From an uncultured Anaerococcus sp. (lineage in GTDB: Bacteria; Bacillota; Clostridia; Tissierellales; Peptoniphilaceae), in the NCBI GenBank assembly GCA_943914475.1, contig CALUCE010000005.1, positions 41,450 through 105,449 of the forward strand: a DNA stretch of 64,000 bases, read 5' to 3'. The notes beneath the pieces are model-generated. The model did no database searches, was not told the origin of the DNA, and worked only from the letters and a program-made list of their open reading frames with translations. Position numbers and translations under genes: made by a program. Shown piece after piece: positions 57,207-64,000 of this stretch. Positions within the stretch are counted from its first letter, which is position 1. Every line of letters begins with the position of its first letter.

Positions 57207-59000
57207 TTATGAATTTTCTTGGGCGAAGTACTTGGCCTGGGTTTGGTAAAGTTTCCTATACAAGTTATTAGTTTTCATCAAATCCTTGTGACTAGCAAAG
57301 GCCACTATCTTTCCTCCATCCAAAAGCAAGATCTTATCACAAAACTTGGATGAGCTCATCCTGTGGGATATATAGATGGCTGTCTTATTTTGGGTAAGGG
57401 AGTGGAAGTTTTCATATATGCTAGCTTCTGCCAGAGGATCAAGGGCTGCTGTTGGTTCATCAAGGATAACCAAGTCTCCCCTTCTGTAAAGGGCACGAGC
57501 TATGGCTATTTTTTGCTTTTGACCTCCTGACAAGTCTACTGCTCCCTCGTATATATCCTTGTAAAGTTTGGTTTGGTAGCCCCTATTTAATCCTTCTATA
57601 AACTTGTCTATGGATAAGTCTTGGCAAATAGCTTTCATTTTATCCTTATCCCTAGGAAAATCCGCCTCTATATTATCTTCTATGGTCATAGGAAAGAGGG
57701 AGAAGTCTTGGAATACTGCCGAAATAAGCTTATAATAAGAAGATTTTTTGTAGGATGAGATATCTTTTCCATTCATAAGTATCCTGCCAGTATCTGGCCT
57801 AAAGAACCTATAAATGAGCTTAATTATGGTAGTCTTTCCTGCGTTGTTTAATCCAACTATGGAAATTTTCTCCCCTTTCTTTATGGTAAAGGAAATATCA
57901 TCTAAGATTTTCCTGTCTGTATTAGGATAGGAAAAAGAAACATGGTCAAAACTTAAAGACTTAAATTCATTTATATCTTCTTCTCCATCATGAAAATCTG
58001 TCTCTTCCAAAAGCATAAACTCGGAGAAGGGTCTTAGGTGCCCTATTTCTATTTTCAAGTCTAGGTAGGATGAAAATATATCCTTAAATGATGAAACAAA
58101 GTTTTCATTGGCAGAGACCAAGAGGGCAAATTGACCAATAGCAATCCTTGGCCCAAACTTATCAGTAAAGGCCCTAAGTCCCACATAGGAATAGGTAAGA
58201 AATCTTACCAAAGTTTGTAAGGCCATGGACATAGAACTGGCATTGGCTATATCTATATAAACATCCTCAGTCCTAGAAAAAACTTGGTCTATATAGGTGT
58301 CTGCCTTATTTAAAAGCAGTTTATTCATGGAAAATAGTCTTATTTCTTTTTGGTAGGTTGGACTGGACATAAGGTTAAGATAGTAACCATACTTCCTATT
58401 GATGGGTATAAGGTCTTGTTGGAAAATCAGTTGTTTTTGACTCATCTTCCTATCAATGACCACGGTAAGACTTGATATGGCCAAGGATATGAGGACCAAA
58501 ATTTTTGAAAAGGCAAAGATTATGGAAAAGGAAGCTATAATAGTAAAGACTCCCCTCATAACCCTGCTTGCCTTATAAAAGGTGTTGTAGACTGCTCCAT
58601 AGGATGTAATTGGAAAAAGGGCTCTTTCCTTTAGGTCTAAGATTTCAGGATCCTCTAGGTTTTGATAGGGCATAGCCATGGTTTTTTCTGCCAAAACTTG
58701 GGGAAATCTATTATTTATGGCCTCTGTTTGGACATTTCTCCATCTTTCCATAATATTGCCCAAGCTTTTTAAAACCAACTTTATCAAGACCAAGCCTATG
58801 ATAAGCTTAATTATTTTCTTATTTGACCAGGATTTTTCTATGGCTGATATCAAAAGCATGGGTAGGTAGATATTGACCACAGTTTCCAAGGCCGTGAGTA
58901 GGTCAGACAAGAGAAAGGCTGGTATATAAAGCTTGTTAATGGATGATACAGTCTTAATTAAAATTTTTATATTGTCAAAATCAGATAGGGTCTTTTTCAT
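57207..59000 (-). CDS. ABC exporter, fused TMD-NBD half-transporter (heterodimer subunit)
   Basis: 597 aa with six TM helices plus an NBD (GLNNAGKTT, LSGGQKQKIAIARAL, ILDEPTAALD). Confidence 0.88.
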   Translation of the reverse strand: MKKTLSDFDNIKILIKTVSSINKLYIPAFLLSDLLTALETVVNIYLPMLLISAIEKSWSNKKIIKLIIGLVLIKLVLKSLGNIMERWRNVQTEAINNRFPQVLAEKTMAMPYQNLEDPEILDLKERALFPITSYGAVYNTFYKASRVMRGVFTIIASFSIIFAFSKILVLISLAISSLTVVIDRKMSQKQLIFQQDLIPINRKYGYYLNLMSSPTYQKEIRLFSMNKLLLNKADTYIDQVFSRTEDVYIDIANASSMSMALQTLVRFLTYSYVGLRAFTDKFGPRIAIGQFALLVSANENFVSSFKDIFSSYLDLKIEIGHLRPFSEFMLLEETDFHDGEEDINEFKSLSFDHVSFSYPNTDRKILDDISFTIKKGEKISIVGLNNAGKTTIIKLIYRFFRPDTGRILMNGKDISSYKKSSYYKLISAVFQDFSLFPMTIEDNIEADFPRDKDKMKAICQDLSIDKFIEGLNRGYQTKLYKDIYEGAVDLSGGQKQKIAIARALYRRGDLVILDEPTAALDPLAEASIYENFHSLTQNKTAIYISHRMSSSKFCDKILLLDGGKIVAFASHKDLMKTNNLYRKLYQTQAKYFAQENS

Positions 59001-59003
59001 AAG

Positions 59004-60869
59004 CTACTCCTTATAGTACTTGGCTTGGGTGGTAAACATCTTTTTGTAAAGTCCATCCTTAGCCATAAGCTCTCGGTGAGATCCGTATTCTACAATCCTG
59101 CCCTCATCAAGCAGGGCAATCTTGTCACAAAAACTAGTTGAGGCTAGCCTGTGGGAGATAAAGATCAAGGTTTTATTTCCTACTATTTGATCAAGCTCCT
59201 TGTAAATTTTCTCCTCTGCCAGAGCATCTAGGCTTGCTGTCGGCTCATCTAGGATAAGGGCCTTGTAGTCTTTTTTATAAAGGGCACGGGCTATATCAAG
59301 TTTTTGATTTTCGCCCCCAGAAAACAAGGTTCCTTCTTCATCTATTATCTTGGTCATTTGGGTGTCTATGCCCTGAGGAAGAAGGTCTATTTTCTCCTTA
59401 AGACCAGCCTTTACTAGGCTTTCGTAAACTCTTTTCCTGTCTATATGAAAGTTTGATGCAGATACATTTTCTGCTATGCTTAAGGCTAGGGGTTCTGTTT
59501 CTTGCAAGACTGCAGAAAACGCCTTAAACCTTTCCTTTATATCAAGCTTATCTGAATCAACTCCATTAATGTAAATCTTCCCACTTGTAGGCTTATAAAG
59601 TCCCAAGACAAGTTTCACAAAGGTCGTCTTTCCTGCACCATTTACCCCAACCAGGGCCAGTCTTTGACCCTTATCTATCCTAAAAGAAAGATTTTCAAAA
59701 ACCTTTTTATCAGATCCTGGATAGGAAAAACTGACCTGGTCAAAAACTATGTCCAAATTTTCTGAGTCATCTAAAGTTTCTTTGCCAGAAAAAGAAACAA
59801 GGTCTGCTTTCATCATGTCCAAGCCATCCGCAAAGAATTTGATTTGGTCTCTGATAAAATCAAGGTTTTTGCCTACCTGATCAAGTTCTCTGGCAAATAG
59901 TATGACAGATGAGGCAAAGAGCGAAACTTGAGCCAGGCTTAGCTCTCCCTTTATAATCTTTTGACCCATATAGTAAAGTCCCAAACCCTCTATAAGCACA
60001 ATAGCCAAGGCAAGGGGTAGGGCAAAGACCACTTGGGGTCTAGTTATAAACTTATAAAAATCCATATACAGAGAAAAGTTCTCTCTCAAGATTTCCTTTA
60101 ATTTCTCTGTGAAACCATAAAGTCTAGTGTCTTTACCGTGTTTAAAGTCAACTGCAAGCTCTGTCACTGTCATTGACCTTCTTTTATAAAGGTTTAGTTT
60201 TTCTATTCTTTGGTGTTTATAGGCTGAGATTTTCTCCTTGATAAATACATAAAAGACTATGGCAAGTATAGATAGGATAAGGACCAAGGGTGATAAGTAT
60301 GTAAGTATAAGCCCCAGGGCTATAAAGGCTACCAGGTGGCCACCAAGTTCAAAGACATGGTTGTAAACTCCTTCTATGCCCGAATCATTGGAAGCAAAGG
60401 CATAAATATATCTTTGAGCCTCATCTATAAAGTCAGGATTTTCTCCTAGACCAAAATCCATGGTCATTATCTTATCAGAGCATATATTAAGCATCTTCAT
60501 CCTAATTCTGGTAAAGCTTACCTTTACCCTATAATTTAGCTGGGTAGAAAGTATATTTAGCCCGACAAAGACAAGGGCAAAAATTCCACTCATCTTTATA
60601 ATAGCCTGAGCATCAGCCTTGCCACTTGAAATCATGTCAACCAAGTAGTAAAGGATAAAGGCATCAAGGATGGGTATAAGGCCTGTACTTAAGGAATAGC
60701 ATAAAAGTTGAAACTTTATTTTTCTATTATCCTTAAAAGGCTTAAGGCCCTCCTTTAAAAGTTCTAGCTTGGAATATTTCTTCCTATGAAGATAGGCCTT
60801 GATAGTTTCCATATCGGATAAATTTTCTACCAAATTTTCCCTTAGCTTTTCATAATAGATCTTATTCAT
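59004..60869 (-). CDS. ABC exporter, fused TMD-NBD half-transporter (heterodimer partner)
   Basis: 621 aa with an NBD carrying GVNGAGKTT, FSGGENQKLDIARAL and ILDEPTASLD. Confidence 0.88.
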   Translation of the reverse strand: MNKIYYEKLRENLVENLSDMETIKAYLHRKKYSKLELLKEGLKPFKDNRKIKFQLLCYSLSTGLIPILDAFILYYLVDMISSGKADAQAIIKMSGIFALVFVGLNILSTQLNYRVKVSFTRIRMKMLNICSDKIMTMDFGLGENPDFIDEAQRYIYAFASNDSGIEGVYNHVFELGGHLVAFIALGLILTYLSPLVLILSILAIVFYVFIKEKISAYKHQRIEKLNLYKRRSMTVTELAVDFKHGKDTRLYGFTEKLKEILRENFSLYMDFYKFITRPQVVFALPLALAIVLIEGLGLYYMGQKIIKGELSLAQVSLFASSVILFARELDQVGKNLDFIRDQIKFFADGLDMMKADLVSFSGKETLDDSENLDIVFDQVSFSYPGSDKKVFENLSFRIDKGQRLALVGVNGAGKTTFVKLVLGLYKPTSGKIYINGVDSDKLDIKERFKAFSAVLQETEPLALSIAENVSASNFHIDRKRVYESLVKAGLKEKIDLLPQGIDTQMTKIIDEEGTLFSGGENQKLDIARALYKKDYKALILDEPTASLDALAEEKIYKELDQIVGNKTLIFISHRLASTSFCDKIALLDEGRIVEYGSHRELMAKDGLYKKMFTTQAKYYKE

Positions 60870-62070
60870 TTCCCCCTCCCTCTTCTATATTGTCTGCAAA
60901 GTTATGGAGATAGTCGCCAAGATTTCTTATAGTGTCTTCTCTTAAATAGTAGTAGGATTTTCTGCCCTCATAGTAAAGGCCAATAAAACCTGCTATTTGT
61001 AGTTGGTTTAAATGATAAGATAGGGTCGCAGGAGTCAGATATAGTATATCTGCCATTTCCTTTACATAATAATTCTTTTTTTGTAAAAGTTTGATTATCT
61101 CAAACCTGGTCGGGTCAGAAAAGGCTCTGAGCCTATCTTGGTTAAGAGAATCAGAAAACTTATCTTCTTCATTTTCATAGTAGTCATCTATCATCAGACC
61201 AAAAGACATCTCTACCATGCTAGTATCTAGAAAAATCGACCTTATGGTAACAGAATTTGGATTAAATAGATTTATATGGAAAAATCCTACAAATTGATTT
61301 TTAATCTTCATATCATTAAAACCAACATCTTCCAAGAGCTTATAAGCAAAGTCAAAGTCACTATCTGCATATTCTTTAATTTTGTTCATATACCTTTCTT
61401 CAACCATAGGAAAATTTTTCTCTATAATTTCTTCAAGTTTTCTAAGCAAAGGTTTTAGCCTATCATATATATCCTCCCAACCATATAAGGCCTTAAAAAG
61501 CGCCATGGATTCTTCCGCTGTATTGGTAGACTTAAGCATGAGGTCAACAAGGTCATAGGTCGCAAATTCTTTTTCCATCATAAACCTTGAAATATCAGCC
61601 ACAGCATAAGGGTCAAGAAGACTAGTATCCACGAACATCAAAAAGATCATCTTTGTTTGAAAGTGGAAATCTTCCTTAGAAATTTCTTCAAACTTATCTA
61701 TCCCAAAGGAAGTTAAGAGACTTAGCAGGAAGGAAAACTCGTTTTTATTATCATTTCTATGGATCCTGTATAAGTCCTTAAGATCTTCATTACCCCTTGC
61801 AAAAAACTCATCCAGGTAAGGCTTGGAGTCTTTCCTAACCTCTATAATGAAATTGACATAGTCTTCCATTTTGGGATACCTGTCTACCAAATAGGCAAAA
61901 GATACCTTGCCTTTTTTATTGGTGGTAAAAGACCTGTCATAAAAGGAAAAATTCTTTTTCTCTCCCTCATCCTTCCAAGTTAAATAACCTACTAAAATAT
62001 TTGCAGCCTCGGTTAAATATGAGGGCTCCTTTCTTACTTCTATGTTTTTTATTATTTTGGACCTAGTCAT
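60862..62070 (-). CDS. 402-aa protein with a C-terminal ArsR-type winged-HTH and an uncharacterised roughly 300-aa N-terminal domain
   Basis: The C-terminus reads LRAFSDPTRFEIIKLLQKKNYYVKEMADILYLTPATLSYHLNQLQIAGFIGLYYEGRKSYYYL, an ArsR/SmtB HTH. The stop overlaps the ABC exporter start by 8 bp. Confidence 0.6.
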   Translation of the reverse strand: MTRSKIIKNIEVRKEPSYLTEAANILVGYLTWKDEGEKKNFSFYDRSFTTNKKGKVSFAYLVDRYPKMEDYVNFIIEVRKDSKPYLDEFFARGNEDLKDLYRIHRNDNKNEFSFLLSLLTSFGIDKFEEISKEDFHFQTKMIFLMFVDTSLLDPYAVADISRFMMEKEFATYDLVDLMLKSTNTAEESMALFKALYGWEDIYDRLKPLLRKLEEIIEKNFPMVEERYMNKIKEYADSDFDFAYKLLEDVGFNDMKIKNQFVGFFHINLFNPNSVTIRSIFLDTSMVEMSFGLMIDDYYENEEDKFSDSLNQDRLRAFSDPTRFEIIKLLQKKNYYVKEMADILYLTPATLSYHLNQLQIAGFIGLYYEGRKSYYYLREDTIRNLGDYLHNFADNIEEGGGNE

Positions 62071-62244
62071 AGCTTCTCCTATCTTAGATTTATATCTAAT
62101 ATATCTTTATCTATCTTTGATTAACTTTAGTATATCAGCTAAGCGTCTAAGTTCAATAGTTTTATATTAGATTTTTATCTAATATAATGGAAATAAAAAA
62201 GCTTATATTTATTAAGAGGCCGGTAATAAATATAAGCATAAAAA

Positions 62245-63042
62245 TTAATCAAGTTTTCTTTTGTTTTTTGAGTAGAAGTATAACATAAAAGCAATGTTAA
62301 GTATTGTAACAAGTATACTAGCTTCAATCTTGTAAGCTCCTCCTGAAATCAAAACACTTCCATATGCTTTTACATTTATAAGACTTGGATAATCACTAGC
62401 TAAGCTTACAACATTTAAAAATATAGCACCTATAACATTCCAAATAGTATGAGCTAAAATTGGTCCAATAAGATTATCTTCATATTCATAAAGACAATTT
62501 ATAAATAGATTCATAGTTATCACATTAATTATAGCGACAAAACCCGCTTCTATAGCAGCCCCATGTAATAAGGTGAACAATATTGTGGTAGCAAGTATAG
62601 CTAGATTTTTACTATAGTTTATTTTTAGAAGTTCGTATATGTACCCTCTTATTAGAATTTCTTGCATTATCACATTAATAACTGCTGATATAATCCAGAG
62701 ACTCAAGTTTTCTACTTGATTCTTTCCTAGAACATGTAAATTTTTGCTTGAAAATAAAATAAGGCTTGGTAATATTATCCAAATCAAGCCAAGAACAATA
62801 CCAGTTCCTAAAGATTTCCTTACATTTTTTGTGAATCTATTGAGAAAACTAACTTTTTCTATTCTAGTAAAAATAATAGTTAATATTATGATTGCAACAA
62901 AGGGAATAAGTTCTGCAAAAAATCTCCACCATGCTGGATCATCAATATTTATTTCTGGATAAACTGATAAAAATAACCATAAGCATAGAAAAAATAATAT
63001 CTTTCCAATATTTTTAAGATTGAAAGAAACTTTATTTTTCAT
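62245..63042 (-). CDS. CPBP-family intramembrane metalloprotease (CAAX protease / Abi domain)
   Basis: The motifs are EExxxR (QEILIRGYIY) and FxxxH (LFTLLHG). The preferred start is MKNKVSF at 63042, preceded by GGAGG. The track ORF starts 18 nt upstream. Confidence 0.75.
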   Translation of the reverse strand: MKNKVSFNLKNIGKILFFLCLWLFLSVYPEINIDDPAWWRFFAELIPFVAIIILTIIFTRIEKVSFLNRFTKNVRKSLGTGIVLGLIWIILPSLILFSSKNLHVLGKNQVENLSLWIISAVINVIMQEILIRGYIYELLKINYSKNLAILATTILFTLLHGAAIEAGFVAIINVITMNLFINCLYEYEDNLIGPILAHTIWNVIGAIFLNVVSLASDYPSLINVKAYGSVLISGGAYKIEASILVTILNIAFMLYFYSKNKRKLD

Positions 63043-63223
63043 ATAACCTCCATGAAACACAATTGTTTTAAATATATAATTTAAACTATTGTACTTTAAT
63101 CATTATATTATTTATTAATCTTTATGTAAAGTTTGTAAATATCAATTTCAATATTAAATTTTACATCCTATATGTGTGCGAATAAAAAAACTCCTGCAAA
63201 GTTTTACTCTGCAAGAGCGTATT

Positions 63224-63679
63224 TTAATAGTAGCTTTTCTCTCCTGTGTCCACATTCCAAAATATTTCACTATACTTTCCTTCGTAGATAGTTAAGATAT
63301 CATCCATGGAGTCAGATTTTTCTTTTTCATTTTTAAATTCTTGGTAGTCTTGCCAGTAAAGCCTTCCTTCCCTATTTTCTCCTACAAGATTTCCGTTATA
63401 TTGGTCAGTTTCATAAAGTAGGCCCACATCCTTGCAAGTCTCTCCATTTTTCTTAAAATACCAGGTGATTATTCCTACAAAGATAGGATTTATTATATCA
63501 AGGTTGGTCTCTTCCTTGGCTTCTCTTATGACAGATTCGATGAAGGACTCCTTTTCTTCAAGCTTACCTCCAGGAAAGGTCAAGCCTTCCCAGCCTTCTT
63601 TTTTGACCTTATCTAGGACTAGGACTTGTCCAGTCTTTGGATTTTTTATCTTTACCATATTCATTAGTCTTATTCTCAT
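63224..63679 (-). CDS. NUDIX hydrolase
   Basis: The Nudix box is GGKLEEKESFIESVIREAKEETNL. Confidence 0.75.
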   Translation of the reverse strand: MRIRLMNMVKIKNPKTGQVLVLDKVKKEGWEGLTFPGGKLEEKESFIESVIREAKEETNLDIINPIFVGIITWYFKKNGETCKDVGLLYETDQYNGNLVGENREGRLYWQDYQEFKNEKEKSDSMDDILTIYEGKYSEIFWNVDTGEKSYY

Positions 63680-63695
63680 AGCCTATCCTTTAAAA

Positions 63696-63722
63696 AAAGA
63701 AGTGACCTTGGGCCACTTCTCC
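63696..63722 (-). terminator. Terminator downstream of ileS
   Basis: On the minus strand GGAGAAGTGGCCcaaGGTCACTTC is followed by TTTTTTTAAAGG. Confidence 0.6.
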
Positions 63723-63727
63723 TATTT

Positions 63728-64000
63728 TTATTTTCTTTCTAGTTCTAGCTTGGCCATCTTATCATTGATTTCCAAGTCTTCTGTTGAAAGGTCTTTTTCT
63801 AGTAAATTATCTGCCAAAGTTTCTTTTTTGATTTGATCTTCAAAGTTTGTAAGGGCAGCCTTTAGTTCCTCATCTCCTTGGTAGAAAATATCGATCCTGT
63901 CAGTTACTTCATATCCCTTGTCTTTTCTCATATTTTGAACCTTGGAAATAAATTCTCTAGCATAACCTTCTTCTTTTAATTCCTTGGTAATATCTGTGTC
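63728..64000 (-). CDS. ileS: Isoleucyl-tRNA synthetase, C-terminal end; the start lies beyond the window
   Basis: The reading frame is open to the window edge. The product ...DTDITKELKEEGYAREFISKVQNMRKDKGYEVTDRIDIFYQGDEELKAALTNFEDQIKKETLADNLL matches the conserved IleRS C-terminal block (L.REL...IQ..RK..G..VTDRI). Confidence 0.65.
   Translation of the reverse strand, partial: DTDITKELKEEGYAREFISKVQNMRKDKGYEVTDRIDIFYQGDEELKAALTNFEDQIKKETLADNLLEKDLSTEDLEINDKMAKLELERK

Noticed and set aside
1-64000. CRISPR arrays, transposases, integrases, phage genes, rRNA/tRNA genes
   Set aside because: I found no direct-repeat arrays with spacers, no DDE/tyrosine recombinase-like ORFs, and no tRNA cloverleaf-like or rRNA-like sequence. 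The window looks like stable core chromosome.

Overview
A 64 kb stretch of chromosomal core from a low-GC Firmicutes genome, most likely a Clostridia-type Gram-positive anaerobe. It is gene-dense, with about 60 genes, Rho-independent terminators at most operon ends, and no integrase, transposase, CRISPR array or rRNA/tRNA gene. I did not find a mobile or defence island. From 5' to 3' the window holds: the 3' part of uvrA plus uvrB; a zinc/cadmium resistance unit made of a CzrA-type ArsR repressor, a detached CadA-type HMA metallochaperone and an HMA-less CPC P1B-ATPase, with palindromic TCATATGA operators in front of both transcription units and an alanine dehydrogenase gene inserted between them; two tandem paralogous membrane proteins; a glycerate utilisation operon (2-hydroxyacid dehydrogenase, glycerate kinase, GntP permease); type III glutamine synthetase; two SH3b-NlpC/P60 peptidases; NAD-glutamate dehydrogenase; an Mrp/ApbC Fe-S carrier; an APC amino-acid permease; a lysine-type T-box leader controlling a fused SBP-permease/ATPase polar amino-acid ABC importer; and then a long oxidative/nitrosative-stress neighbourhood. 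That neighbourhood contains a heme catalase, an OYE-FAD-4Fe4S oxidoreductase, and a MarR/LplA/double-lipoyl-domain-E3/OsmC module that I interpret as a self-contained lipoyl-dependent peroxidase system. It also contains a lipoprotein pentaheme nitrite reductase NrfA with its own CcsBA cytochrome c maturation genes but no NrfH, and a YgbA-like nitrous-oxide-stimulated-promoter protein. After that come an Fe-alcohol dehydrogenase, an NSS transporter, a MacB-type ABC transporter with an embedded CARDB-like protein, the opuA glycine-betaine importer, a heterodimeric ABC exporter coupled to an unusual 402-aa ArsR-HTH protein, a CPBP protease, a NUDIX hydrolase and the 3' end of ileS. All calls rest on reading the translated ORFs and the DNA directly; I ran no database searches.
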